Source: the human T2T-CHM13v2.0 reference genome, Homo sapiens
Length of the DNA: 64,000 nt
Direction: 5' to 3' (one strand)
Assembly (NCBI RefSeq): GCF_009914755.1
Contig: NC_060935.1
The translations under genes were made by a program, and so were the position numbers. Positions 33,680 through 47,229 of this stretch are shown here, piece by piece. Every line of letters starts with the position of its first letter. Position 1 is the stretch's first letter. The notes under the pieces are model-generated. The model saw only the letters and a program-made list of their open reading frames with translations. It made no database searches and was not told the DNA's origin.

Positions 33680-34028
33680 ATAGCAGGACACAGAAAGCAC
33701 ATCTACCACCCCTAGGCCTGAAGAGGAAAGGGGAGAGAGTGATTAATAGAAACTGGCAGAGGAGAATGTTTTAGAAAGGAGCACTTGATAGGATATTCAG
33801 CCACTTTGACTGCTGTCCCCACTCTCCCTGCCTCCCCAGAGAGAAAGCTGAAAGAATACCATACCATAGTAATCTTCTCTTTCCCTCCAATCTCCTGCTC
33901 AGGTTTACCATTGGCTGGATCAAAAAGGAAGCCAGAGGGTGAGAGTGCCTGTTAATATAATCTACCAAGGTCAGATGTAGGAGGATGGACCATGGATCTG
34001 GTGGGTCAAGTGAAAGAATTCCAGTGCA
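33680..34028 (-). mobile_element. LTR33-like ERVL LTR fragment
   Basis: ccattggctggatcaaaaaggaagccagagggtgagagtgcc..aaggtcag..tggatctggtgggtcaa. Confidence 0.6.
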
Positions 34029-35004
34029 ACGTACCTGGCAACTAGAAATCACTTGTGTTCTTCAGCACTGAGGTATTTGAAGTCTTCTTGTTCTTCTCTC
34101 TTTGTAGTCTGATCTTTTCCTTCTGTCTTCTTGTAGAAGCTCTGGGAAGCCTTTTATTGACATTTTTCCCATGTTGGAAACACACTGTTAAGTTATACCC
34201 TGGTGGATTTCATTTTCCACTTGGAGAGCCTAACCTTTTTGTACATTAGAGAATTACCGAGCAGTTAGGCATTAAAATATACAATACATATCACAACTAG
34301 GCTTGGGTATAGCCTGAGAAGACTGAGGCAAGTGGGTGAGGGAAAAGAAAGGGAGAAAGCCCTATCGACCATGCAAGTGAATTTGAGGTGTGGAGCTTTG
34401 TTTATCTCAAGGATGAAGGAAACATGGGGCTAGAGAGGAAAATATCTATTTCATTTTGAAGTCTAGATACAGTCATCAGACAGCCTTGCTCTTTGAAAGT
34501 TATATTGGAAGAAAAATATTATACATGTGGTTACTGAACAAGGCCTCCTCGCAGATAGTTTCTCACTACTGATATTTTGAAAAGAGATTCAAACCAATTA
34601 AGAAGGAATTCTTATTCAACACAAGACCACCTCCCATCCCCCTCCTAACTAAAACTTGCGCAGCTCTTTACAATGTGGTGGCAGTTATTAATGTTATTAT
34701 CCCATTTTGGAGATGTGGAACTGAGATTGAGGGAGGTTAAGCAACTTTGTCTAGATCACACAGCTATTTGGGAATGACTCTAAAAGCCTTCCAATAAAAA
34801 GATGATGTTCTTCCACTAAACATGTCCTGGGAAATAGAAAAAAGGAATATCATTTCTTATTTTTTATGAAAAAAGGGTACCACAATAAAAATTATTTATT
34901 GTTTTTGATTAAATTTTAATTGAAGAGATATAATTTATACATATGAAACAATGAGATAGTTTCATACATTTAAATATAGTGAAGACTCATATTACCTTGT
35001 TAAA

Positions 35005-35370
35005 AAACTCAATTGATTCCCCTCCAAACCTGTTTCTCTTTTCACGTTTCCTTGGTCGCCACCATAATCTTTTGAGTTTTATGAGCTAGAAATCCAGGTG
35101 TCATCCTAGATTTTCCCTTCTTTCTTAACTCCTACTTCTGGTCCATCCTCAAAGTCCTAAAGACTGTTAAAAATCTATCCCCTCCTCTCCAACCCCACTC
35201 CTCTGCTCTGATTTGTATCTTACTCATTTCTGACCAGAACTGTTCCAATAGCATCTTCACTGGTCTCCCTAGCTACTGGCTTATCCCAATTTGATCCATT
35301 TTTTTTATGGCAGTTCCCTGGAGACTTTACTGAAAGCCATATCCGAACATGTCATTCCCTTTACCAATGT
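35005..35370 (+). mobile_element. L2 body fragment
   Basis: aaacctgtttctct..agctagaaatccaggtgtcatcctaga..aatagcatcttcactggtctccc. Confidence 0.6.
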
Positions 35371-36229
35371 AGCAATTCCCAAACTTCAGCTATTCTAATC
35401 CTGATTACATGACTTTAGTCATAGCTGCAGGTTATCTATGATTCAGCTGGTATGCAGCAATATGGCCATAGTAGTTGTTAAATAATCAAAAATTACTCTT
35501 TATAATTTGCCTTGTTTTAAACAATAATAACTGAAATCCCAGGTTGTAGTATATTGGTCACATAATGTTGTTCTAAGAGGTTCATTAAAATAAATACAAA
35601 ACTACTAACTTTAAAAATCATCTTAGGGTAAATGTTTCACCATTCATGAAATAATGTGTTACTGAGACCTACAAGAATCAGATCTTGTCATTCTCATCTT
35701 CTCTCATTGGGTCTTATATTTTTCTGTTTGTAATTATAGATAACTATATATTCTTGTATTTAGGTTTCATTCACTTATTTAACTAGTTACTTCACTTAGT
35801 TAAACAAGTTTAGGTCCTGGTACTGAGTAGATATTCAATAAATATTTATTAAATAAGCAAATGAAAATAACCTGCCTGTCCTACTAGATGTGAAACTTTT
35901 TTAAATCAGTGATCAATGTGTTGGTGATTTCCGTCTCTCCTTTTTTCTAGATCACTATACAAATAATAAATGTTTGTTGAACTGAAGAGTTAGAAAGTAC
36001 ATAGATAAAATGCATTCCTGGAAATAAGAAAAACGAAGGGTCAACATGGACCAGTGTGGTCAAGGAGGGCTTTGATGGCAGTGGTATGACTTGAGATAGG
36101 CCTTGATCTGGGGGTAAACAGAATGAAGGTGATAGGGAATTCTCGGTGGGGAAGGAATAAAAAATCAAGGTGAGGCAGATCTTGACAGACTTATTTAGAA
36201 TAGATAGGGTGCATTTGAGAGTAGCTTTT

Positions 36230-36912
36230 TGTATAGTAAAGAATTTAACCTGGCTCAAAGGAGTTCTGATGTTTGCCCTTGGCTTCTGGGAGGTAATCTC
36301 TAGGCATGTGAAATGTCATGCTTGATAGGAGTGTCTTTGCCTCAGGGCCTTAGGTCATACTAGGTAATCTAACAAAGTGATTTAGGGGGTGGTTGCCCAT
36401 ACCAGACAGTAACAATAGATTTAGGGTGTGGGTTTGGGGTCACACAATATTAATCCAACTTCACAGGGCCTGGAGACTGAGATCAGCTCCATGTGCATAG
36501 TCAATCATGACTGTGTGATGAAGCCCCACTAAAAACTCTGGACACCAAGGCTCGAGTAAGCTACTCTAGATGGCAGTACTCTGGGAGTACTGTCACACAG
36601 TGAAATCAAAAGAATAACATGTCTCTGATTCCACAGGAAGAGGACAACTTCAAGCTACATGTTTGACACCCTTCTGGACTCTGCCCTATGTGCTATGTGC
36701 CTATTACCTTGGCTGATCTCAATCTTTATCCTCTATCAGTAACAAACTGTAACTGTGAATATAATTTCTTTCAGTGTGTTCTGAGTCCTTCTAGTGAATT
36801 GTTGTATTTGAGGGTGGTTTTGAGAACCCAATGGACTTGCAGTTGGTGTCAGAAGTGAGTGGAGTCTTTTGTGAACTCTTCCTTCTAAATTTACAGTTGT
36901 CTAACTTTCCCA
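36230..36912 (+). mobile_element. MER21C-like solo LTR
   Basis: TG...CA termini with perfect 5-bp TSD ctttt (36225-36229 / 36913-36917); aaaaactctggacaccaaggctc, gagtccttctagtgaatt, ttggtgtcagaagtgag motifs. Confidence 0.85.
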
Positions 36913-36919
36913 CTTTTCA

Positions 36920-37125
36920 ACTCATTCTTATCTAAAATTATTTTTTAAAACAAAATGCTTTCAGAATCCCAATACACAGAGCAGATGTATAAGAAGTTGC
37001 TCTAGATGCAGCAGGGCTGCAGGTTCAGTATCTGGCTGTCTGTCTCTCCTCTCACTGGGCTTGGTAATCCTGAGGCCCCTCCGCAGAAAGCCAGGGCTCC
37101 ACAGAACACCCTCAGAAAACCCCAG
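36920..37125. mobile_element. hAT-Charlie MITE remnant (MER112-like)
   Basis: ctgaggcccctccgcagaaagccagggctccacagaacaccctcagaaaacc end motif. Confidence 0.45.
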
Positions 37126-39774
37126 TCATTGGCTAGGTTTCCTGTTAGAGGAAGAAAAGGGACATAACATTTTTGAATACCTACTGAATGTGGCCTTGGG
37201 AGCTAATTCATGGCATTTCATTTAATCCTGCAATCACCCACTCTTGGTATTTGCCCCTTTTACATGCATAGAAAATAGGCTTAGAACAATTAGGAGCTCG
37301 CCCAAGGCCACACAGTGAGTCCAAGGCAGAGCTGGGATTAGAAAGTCAGTAGAAGTTCAACTTGATCCTTCAATAATAAGGAGATAACTCGGGGGCTGGC
37401 ATGGGGCAGGGATTTCACAAAAGAAGAATTGGAAGAATATGTGGTGTCAGTGTGGAGCAGAGAGAAAAAAGGAGAGGCTGGGAGATGGTTAAAGGTGAGT
37501 AAAGCCAGGGATGGCTGGGCTTCAACCTGGCTGCTAGAGATACAGTGAGGATACAATTTAACTTCACAGAGTCCTGGCCTTTTAGGTCAGCATGAAGAAA
37601 AGAACCTCCCGGAACATCGCTCTATGCCCCACCTCTTTAAATGGTGAAGAAAAAGAAACATCTTTTTGTGTTTAAATTTTTAAAAAAGTGATTTCATTTT
37701 AAGTCACTCATGATTTTACCTGTCAAAGGCTTTCTCAGAACTGGGGGAAAAATGAATAAAACCTGGAGAAGATCACTAAAGTATTCTAAAACATGAAAGT
37801 GTTTCAGCGGTGTCCATGAAAAAAATCATGGTGACCTCCACCAAACTGGAGTCAAAACTCAACGCACTTTGTGAGATGAAATTTCTTGACTTGTATTTTA
37901 CACACAAAGCGGTATCTGGCAAACAATGTAGGGAATGGGGAAGCTGATATGATGATATAATAGCTAATGAGTGTGAAGCACTCACTCTATTCTGTGCCCA
38001 ACAGGTATTTGTTCACACTGTAATCATGGTAGCCCTATGTGTGAGGCAGGCGTGTTTAGACCCACGGAGTTGTTATGCACAATTGTAATCAATTGTAACT
38101 TGTTGTTTAGTGTATATATCTTCTTTTCTAGAATGTAAGCTCTGTAAGGTCAGAGATCTGATCTGTTTTACTCACTGCTGAATTCCCTGAAGCTTACAAT
38201 GCCTTACACCTAATTGGTACTTGCTAAATACTCTGAGAATAAACATTTAGTATGTATATTACAGCCGAAAATTAAAATCCAATTCTTATGACTCTCAGGT
38301 ATAATTTTAGGCAATGCAATGAGGATGCAGAATTAACTTTTAGCCCATAATAAACTGGCCCTGTGGCTTACTTTCAAATTGACTTCTGTTGTGTTTAGTT
38401 ACCTGACCAATTTGAACCTCGGTTTTCCACCCAGGAATGAAATGCTTGGGATTAATGATTCCCAAGGTCCCATGAATCTTTGTGAAGCTGTAAATTTCAT
38501 TAGTTAGATTTTTAGTTTAATTCATCCTTAACAGAAGCAAAGCCTGTCAGATTTGATGTTTGCCATGTTGCAAACCTGGTTCTAATATAATAACATTTTC
38601 CCCTTCTTGGGCCAGAGGATCCAGATAAATCCAAAATAATTTGGAATCTGTTCCCAGTGGTGAATCTCCCTGGAAATTGAAAGACCTGCTTTCACGTTCT
38701 TTTTTTGTGAGCACCTGATGATATTGGACTTCTGTGGCTTTCAGATTCTGCATCTGCCAATAATAATAATAATGTGTAATATTAATAATAATATTAAAAT
38801 CCAATATTCATGGAGTAGCAGGTTCTGTGTGATAACTTGTATTTTTAATTCATCTAATTTGTAAGACAATGTGATGAACCAGATGTTCTTACTGCCAAAT
38901 GACTAAGCACACAGATTTAGAAGTAACTTGTCTAGGGTCTCATATCTTGGAAGTGATGAAGAAAGGATTTGCAGCAGATTTCTCTGACCTATAGATTTAA
39001 ACACTTTAGTCATTAATTTATAGCCTTTAAGATGAGTGGATTTTGTGTTTTCTGAAGTGGATAAATCTTTGTGAAAATCCCCAGAAAAATACACATGATT
39101 ACATCATTCAATATTCTGGGGGCATTGTCAGAGATTTCATAGACCCCCTAAAATATAGTTAAATGGAACTGCAAGGAAAAAAATACAAAAATGAGATTGT
39201 GAAATTTTGAGTAAGGATCTAAGAGGACCTTTTAGAATGAACTTTCAGAGGCCCATGAAGAAAATCTTTAAGGGAAGTCACAAGAAGTACAATTAAACCC
39301 TCTCATGGGGAGTCTGTATACTATGGGTTTAGCTATGCTAAGGGCCAAAACTATCTCCTCGCTTGTAGGCTAGAGATTTCAGCCTGGTTGCTGATTCCCA
39401 CCATTGTCACGAGTTTCCATGTTTGCTCCAAGTTCTCAGATTTCTGTTTTTCAAGTTTAATTTGCCCGGGACATTGCAGGAAGAGAAACCGTGGGGGCAT
39501 GATTAAAAGCATATGGCGTATGAGGTGGGGAGAAGGAGCAGTGAGCACAGCAGGAGGGAGGAGGATTGCTAAATTGAGTGTTTCTAATAAAGGAGAGTGG
39601 GAGAGTATTTGCTGCTTTTCCTTGGGCTAAACTGTACTGTGCAATAGCGTGCTCTCTTGCCCTCCAGGCCTAGAGTATAAGGTAGAGGAGGTTAGGGAAC
39701 TGTGATGTTAGGCTGTATGGCTGTTACTCTGGCTGTCATTAGATAATATGTGAAAGCACTCTTGGAAGGGAAAA

Positions 39775-39776
<2 letters not shown>

Positions 39777-39822
<46 letters not shown>
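39777..39822. repeat. (TG)23 microsatellite
   Basis: Uninterrupted, counted directly. Confidence 0.97.
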
Positions 39823-39826
<4 letters not shown>

Positions 39827-40099
39827 TTCTAGCTCAATACATTGAAAGGAGAGTGGTAACTTTCAAATCTGACCTGGCATCAGAACCCGCTTGGGAACAT
39901 TCTGAAAATACGCATTCATGGGCCCATCCAAGACTTTCTAAATCAGACTCTTTGGAAAAGCCACCATTTTCCTTTAAATATATACCTCCCTTGTGTTGTT
40001 GATTACCTTCACTTATGTATCAATATTCTTTTATGATATAATAAAATTTAAATGAAATCCCTGGATGTTACTGCTCTATAGGAATCTAATGCCCACTGA

Positions 40100-40545
40100 A
40101 CTGGACACATGGATTTTCAGCAACTCGGAGCTCATCCTATCTTCTTTCGGCTTCGGCCATACTTCATTTTGGGGAATAATCCCTCCCCAATCACATGCAG
40201 CTTTAACTGGATTTATTGGGCACTTCTTTTGCTCCTGCTTAGCCAATAGACAGGTAGAGTCAGAAACCAGGTCAGTGGGCTCTCTCCCTCTAGGCTTTGT
40301 ATAATGTGATAAAAAGACAGAAAAAAAAGAAGAGAAAAGTTGATGCTCATTCTCTCTGGCATGGTCATCTTGGTTAGGCTCTGCAGGAGTTCCTGCTCCT
40401 GGGGTCCACAGGGCATCTCTGGTCCCTGTCCTTTCCTGGCCTGGTTATCCAGGCCTTCCTTCAATTCTGTGAGCAACCCAAATCCTTCTAATACATTTAT
40501 TTTAAACTTAATTTAGCCAGAGTCCACTCCTGTCCCTTATCCCAA
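40100..40545 (+). mobile_element. LTR16-like ERVL LTR remnant
   Basis: ccttcaattctgtgagcaacccaaatccttctaatacattt..ttagccagagtc 3' motif. Confidence 0.45.
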
Positions 40546-43500
40546 CACCCAACGTTCACTCCAACACCTTTATTTTGCACAAGACGTAACAGAGCCCCGG
40601 AAACCCTAAGTGACTTGCTTAGGGACACCTGGTAAATAAGTGGCGGCTCTGGGCCTGAACTCTAGATCTTTTGGTTTCAAGGATGAGCAGAAAGTACTGT
40701 TGCCTCTATCAGATGGTTCCTCAGTTTTCTGTATAACCTCAGTGTGGTCTTCTAGATTCTTTTGAAAGTTAGGTGAATGTCACATTTGCAAACACATTTT
40801 CTATCAGTTCTCAAAATATTTCAGAGGCCAGTGGGCCTTGCATCCTGGTTCCCTGCCTCTGGCAAGTGCCTATTTTAGATGTTTCCAAAGAAGATGAATC
40901 TTTCCTCCTCTGGTGCACCTGACCCAATATGCCAGGCCTGTGGGGAGAGAATACTTTCTGCTCACAGCCAGTGGTCATCCATAAGTCCTAAGTATTGATT
41001 GAAGATGGTTGGGTTGAAGAGGTACAACAGCTATGTTATTTTAATCTTGACTTTTCTCCCAAAAAGCATTACTGTATGCATTTTGTAGAAAAATTTGTAT
41101 TAGTTAAGTCTCATTCCTGAACATGGAATCTGAACTGGTGAAATCTTGTAGTTGGGGAGGAAGGAAAAGACACAGGTAGTGGAAGATTTGAGAAATGCCT
41201 AAAATCTTGTTTTCTCCTGATAATTTCCTCCTATTTCCTCCTATTTCTCCTGATTATTTCCTTCTATTTTTGCATCATTCAATGCCCTGGGTTAATAATG
41301 ATTCTGTCTATTTTAACTCAATGTTTATCATTTCATACTGTTGTTATCATTTATACCATACCTTACATTTCACACTATTAAATTTTCCCACACCCGTGGT
41401 AAGCAGACTCCTATGAATGAAGGAATACTTCCAGAGTGGTCACTATCATGGCCAAGGTCACTGATGACCCATAATAGCTGCGCCTTCTTTTATACTTTAT
41501 TGCTGTTATCATTATGGCAGTGTCTTTTGGAGAGGAATAAAGGATTATTGCAAAAGATACAAGAGAGAGCTTTAAGTCAGATGTGAGAATTTTCTGACTC
41601 TAAATAAGATCATTCTCCAGTGTGCCTCCCCAACTCACTAGTGATTATATAATTTGTTAATCCATTTATTCATCAAAACTTTTATTACTCTCCTACTGTG
41701 TACCTTCAGTTCCAAGAAAAATAAAACATAGCACTCACTCTCAAAGAGCTTGCTATTTAGTGGATTGGTTCTAAGGTTACAATCAAGGAAAAGGGAAATA
41801 ACATTTGGGGGATAGCTAACATATTCTTGTTATGCATACAATTTCACATAATACCACTTAGAGGTCTACAAAAGTTATATTTCTCCCTGTAGATTCATAG
41901 TATCACATCTACAAAATATTTACCACAGTATCTGTCACTTACTAAATTCTCAGTAATGGTATCTATTAAATAATTACTTAAACACATGTGTGATAGTCTT
42001 ATACTCTCAACTTTTTTGTCATCAAGAACATCTGAACTCCTAGGTATAGCTTCTAATAGGGCCTTCACAATCTGACCCAAACAACTTCCCAACCCTTGCT
42101 ATTTTATATTCTACTTTGTACAACTTAATATAAATAATTTTTATTTGCTGTAATGTGCTAACTACTATTTATCATTTAGTATCCGGTTCAGAACTTGTTT
42201 GCTTTGGGAGGGCTTTCCTATCTTTCCCCCACTGAGTCCTGATTTCCATTATGTTTCATAGAGGCCTCCACTCTAGAACCATGTCAAATAGTACAATCAT
42301 GTATTTTGATAACTATCTTTCTCCCTAGACAGATTCAAGATGAGAGACTCTCACTCTCTTTCCTTTCCAATTTGGTACCTGACATAGTACCTAGTATAAG
42401 GGGCTCAGCATATGTTTACAGAATAAATGAATAGCTATCCACCTATTATGAATTAGAAAATTTTAAGGCCTTACTTTAAAAAAATTATATTTAGGTTCAA
42501 AATATTTTACACTAGACTGGAACATTTTGAGAAAAGTAAAAACTGTGATACTGTGGCTCATTATTTCCTTTTTGCCAGAAAGAAACTTTGAAATAATCTG
42601 AAATTATCTAGTCTCTATCTCATTCAAAGGTGGGTGGCATATACTAAGTCCCAAGCTGAAGTGGTAATTGTTAAAATACTTGCTAAATTTATCCCAAAAT
42701 ATTCACAATGGGTCTTTTTCATGTGTTATTCCTGGGTGTGTGTTGAATGATTCAGTGATTCAATATTTTTGACCAATATTAATTGAGCATATACTATTGC
42801 CAGGTACTCCTTTAGACATTTTAGGATATAATCAAGACAGATAAAGTAGAGTCCCTTCCCTTAAGAAACTCATAGTCGAACTAGGGAGACATTTACAATT
42901 ATAATATTGAGATGCTGTAGTCAAAAGTGTTGGAAACCAATTTAATAATCTGATCTAAGTTTAAAACAGGGCATGTATTACAAGCAGAAAAGAACATAAC
43001 TGGGACTAGAGAGGAGATTGGAGACAAGATCTAGAGAGCCATTAAACCTCTCTCCACCTTGGATTCTGCTCCTCCCTACCTGTCTGCTTCTTCTGCTCTT
43101 CCTGGACACATGGCACCTGTGCCCCTCCGATACCTGTGGCTGAACAGGGGTAGCCATATCACACCACTTTTTATTGTATATCAATTACAGTCAAATTTCT
43201 TACTGGACTTCTGAATCTCTCCTTTCCATTCTTCAGTCTTCCACCTCTTCATCTTTCATAGTTTTTCCCTCTTCTGTCCTCTCTGTCCACTTGATCCTAG
43301 CTAAAAGGTGAAAAAGCACCCCCCATACCCTCGCTCCTAATTTCAAATTTTTAGGAAAGATTCTGCTTGGTCTAACTTGTCAGGTAGCTACTTCTGAGCC
43401 AATTAGCAGTAGATAGGGGTGGGCTACAATGTAAAACGTGGCTTTCACCATCTTACCCTGTGATCTGTTGCTCTCTAAGATGTTGGTTAACATAGTAAGG

Positions 43501-44551
43501 AGTTGAGCAGACCATTCAAGAGATGTCTTCTACACAACAGGGAGAATTAATATAAACTAAGCTCCCTTAATTATATTATGTTGCTACATATCATGTAACA
43601 ATATGATAGAGTGGGGAAAGAGAGCTCAATTTATATTAATTCTGCTTTTAAGAAGGTATTGGTCATAAAATAAAGACTTCACAGAGAGGCTTAATATTTG
43701 GTTTGGGTCTTTAAGAGGGGTATGATGCATCAGTTCCTGAGTCTAACATATGTTAAAACTATAACAGAGTAAGTAAAAATTAATAGCATGCAAGCAAATC
43801 ACCTAACTACTTGTAATTCTGAACAGAATCCTCTGGAGCAAATACGCCCTATAAATCTCACAAAAATAAATGAAAAATAATGTTGGTTATCATAAACTAA
43901 GTGGGAGAGAGTATGTTGTGTACTCAGGAGAGAGTATCACTTTTTGCTTCCTTCTAGCTCTGTTATAGAAAGTGTTAAAATGTATTACCAACCAGGCTCT
44001 TGATTTAGAAATGATCCATGAGCCATGAAATATTAGTGGGAGTGAGTGTACTGGTGCTATGACCATTCTAGGATATTAAAATGCCATTGACATCCATAAC
44101 TACCAATGTATAAAAATAACAAATGCTAATTAAATGACCTGAGTGCTGAGAGCTTGCAGTTTGGCCCTCGTCAACGTTTCACTTCTTGAAATATAGGCCA
44201 CTCTGCTTTCCCTGCTGACGTCAGACTGTCCAGGAGAATATGCACTTCATTACTCCTCTGCTATCCATCAAAACTTCCATGGCCAAAAAGTATGAGGGGA
44301 AAACAGTGCGTTCTCCTTTCTCCCTTTTTCCAGGCCTGAGATCTTGTTGAAAAACAGAGTTCAGATTTTGGATTGAGGAAATGGTTCCCTGGTTCAAGAT
44401 CATCTGATTATACTATTGGGATTTATCAATGAATACTATTCTTCCTTGACAAAGCTTCAATAATGCAGTCTGTAAAAAGGCATAAGTTTGGCATTTTCTC
44501 TAATAAAAGTATGTGAGTATAGTTGAGAGTCACGTGCTGAGCATTACAAAT

Positions 44552-44552
<1 letters not shown>

Positions 44553-44590
<38 letters not shown>
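44553..44590. repeat. (TAGA)9 tetranucleotide STR
   Basis: Counted directly. Confidence 0.97.
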
Positions 44591-44592
<2 letters not shown>

Positions 44593-44884
44593 CTGAATTT
44601 AAAATTATAGAAAACTGTTGATTAAAGTGGTGAAGAAAATGGCATTCTTCTGGTGGCTCATCAGGTATTTATTGAATACCTACTGTATACAAAGCATTTG
44701 TTCAGGTACTAAGAATTGTCAGAAATGGATGCTAAGGAATGAGATAATGTTCTTGTTATACTGAAAAGGAAACACATATGGATTAAATGACACGAGGACA
44801 ACTACGGAGGAATGTATCAGTGCCTGTTAAATATCATCCAAGTACAAACTGAATACGTAATGCCAAGAGGAAGCAGTGTTAAAG

Positions 44885-45348
44885 TGATCAAGACCTCAAC
44901 AGACACATAAGCAAAAATTCTGAAAGATAATTCACAAAAGTGAAAATGTTGTTTGTTTACAAAGATGGGAGGATGTTGGTTTTCACTAATAATTAAGGAA
45001 ATACAAATCAAACTGACATCACTGATATACCAATCCTCTCTATCAAATTGGGGACTTTTCTATTTCTCTTTAAAGGAGGCCCTATCTCATGCAGGCAAGG
45101 CTGTACAGTCCATTGGGGAGCTACTTTGGCAATATGTTACAAACATCTTCAAATATTCACACCCTTTGACTCTGTTAATTCCAATTCTGGGAACTTTTCT
45201 TCTAAAGAAGTATCTAATTCTAAATAACAAAAAAGCTTTTTGCACAAAGAGGTGCACAGTGATGTCTCTTTCAATAGTGAAAGATTGAAAATAATGTAAG
45301 TTCCTAAAACTTGATAATGATTAAATAAATTATGGTAAATCTACTTAA
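44885..45348 (+). mobile_element. Old L1M 3' fragment, continuing after the MIR to ~45700
   Basis: tcactaataattaaggaaatacaaatcaaa, ccctttgactctgttaattccaattctgggaa, ttaaataaattatggtaaatc are degenerate ORF2-end motifs. Confidence 0.65.
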
Positions 45349-45349
45349 G

Positions 45350-45560
45350 CGCTAACATTTATTGAATGCTAACCCTGTGCCAGATACTGCTCTAGACACT
45401 TTTGATACCTTAATGCATATAACTTTAATGGAAATTTTATTAATATTCTAATTTTACAGATGAGGAAACTGAGGCAAAGAGAGGCTAAAAACTTGTCTAA
45501 GGACAGCCCCAAATAGCACATGGTAAGGCAAAGATTCAAACTTAGGTGGTCCTAGGCTGA
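45350..45560 (-). mobile_element. MIR SINE
   Basis: attttacagatgaggaaactgaggcaaagagagg..gattcaaacttagg. Confidence 0.85.
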
Positions 45561-45667
45561 TGAGCTATTTTATAGGTATTTAATGAGTTTATGAAGCATA
45601 TGAAATAAAAATGTTTATGAAAATATTAAATTAAAATGCCTAATACAATGTAAGACTATAGTATGAT
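45542..45667 (+). repeat. Copy 1 of a local ~126-bp direct duplication
   Basis: Colinear with 47780-47906: ttaggtggtcctaggctga, ttttataggtatttaat, ttatgaaaatattaaattaaaat, aatgtaagactatagtatgat. Confidence 0.93.
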
Positions 45668-47210
45668 TAAAGGCTATGTTCAAAAGCTAGCATAGATCTA
45701 ATGGATAGATAGATATAGTATATATTTTAAATTTTGCCGGCCTTTAAGGTCTTTTGATTCTGTATTGTTCTCATATTTTCCACTGCTTCATTCCATGACT
45801 ACTTCTCCATAGTCTAGGCCATGCCCTTGCTATTGCTCCATCCCTTCTGCACCTTTCCCTGCTTGGATACATCCTGTAAATTATAAATGACTTCCTCTTC
45901 TTTGTTTAGGAAATCCCCTGCCTTTACCCTTTTGTGGTTGTTTTGCAAAGCTCAGTATCATTCTGTATCCTCCAAGATCTATCTAAGATTCTTCCCCTCA
46001 AGGACCCCTCATAGTGTGCCACTGTATCCCATGCTGTCCCATTTACTCATTGCTTCATGTGTATTTGTGTCTTCTCTCCACTGACCTGCCAACGCCTTGG
46101 GGGCAGGAGTTACTTCTTACGTCTCATATCTCCAGCAGCTCTCACCAGAGGACTGAGCCCAGGAAAGGTCCTAAACACACATTGATCCATTGAAAGAAGT
46201 TTTACGTTCAATAACAAAGCTTTTTATTAAAAGATTAGTTGTTGCTAAACATATTTCTGCTTATGCTTTAAAATAGAGGAAATTTCTCTAAATAAACAGG
46301 GGATTATTTCAAACAATAAGAATTGCAGAGAAGTTAGACTTCATCACATAAAATAATAATGGAATACTGAAATTGGGAAGAGATCTGTAGGGTCATGTCA
46401 TTCAATTCCTTATAGGACCAGTGAAGAAAATGAGATCCAGGGAAATACAGTCCTGGCCCATATCTGACAGGAGGGGAATCAGGACTAGAATCCCAGGTGA
46501 GAGCTGAGATGGACTGGATGACTGCACTGTTCCTGACCACATTTCGATGACTCATCGTTTTCCCTTGGGCTCCACCCCACTCTCCCCCAGTGTTTTCCTT
46601 TTATTTCCTTCTAGTCGAAAACACGTACCTTCCCGCCAGTCCTCCCCTATAGGCAAAAGGTCCTTAAATAACCTCCTTTCCCCCTGAGAAGAAAGGAGAA
46701 GAGAGGAGAGAGAGAGAGAGCGCATTCGTTTACTGAACATCTTTCTCTTCCCTGATCCCTTCTGCTCGCTTTTCTGCACATACTGGCACAAACTGCCCTG
46801 CGTGTTTGTGGAGAGACAAACCCTGCCAGATTCTGCATTCAAAAGTTTTAGGTTTTATTAGAAAGAGCTGTAACACTTCGACCACAGTACATGAAGCCCT
46901 CTGACATGCAACCACATGGCCAACTGAGAACCTTTGAACCCATAACTTGACACTTGTTTTCATTTTTAAAAATCCATTAATCTTCATTAAGCATCCCACT
47001 CTCCACCCAGGTCAACAATGGCATTTCCGGACCACACCATCTACATTGGAAAAAAAAAAATATTTCTTTCTCCCTACTCACATGGGTGAATGAGTACACA
47101 CACTCACAAACGCATGGTTCCTAAATAATGTTTATTATGTAACATATGGTAGAAAATTAAAAAGGCCTGTGGCAGTCACTGCAGTGTGCCGGCCAGTAGC
47201 CCCTCACTGA

Positions 47211-47229
47211 TAGTGCCACCTGGTGGTCC
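47211..47229 (-). promoter_or_regulatory. CTCF core motif
   Basis: Minus strand reads GGACCACCAGGTGGCACTA versus consensus TGGCCACCAGGGGGCGCTA; differences fall at tolerant positions; lies in apparently unique DNA. Confidence 0.7.

Noticed and set aside
41455-41470. AGGTCA-ctga-TGACCC, and GGTCA-cc-TGACC at ~47530, as oestrogen response elements
   Set aside because: Spacers are 4 and 2 bp, not the required 3
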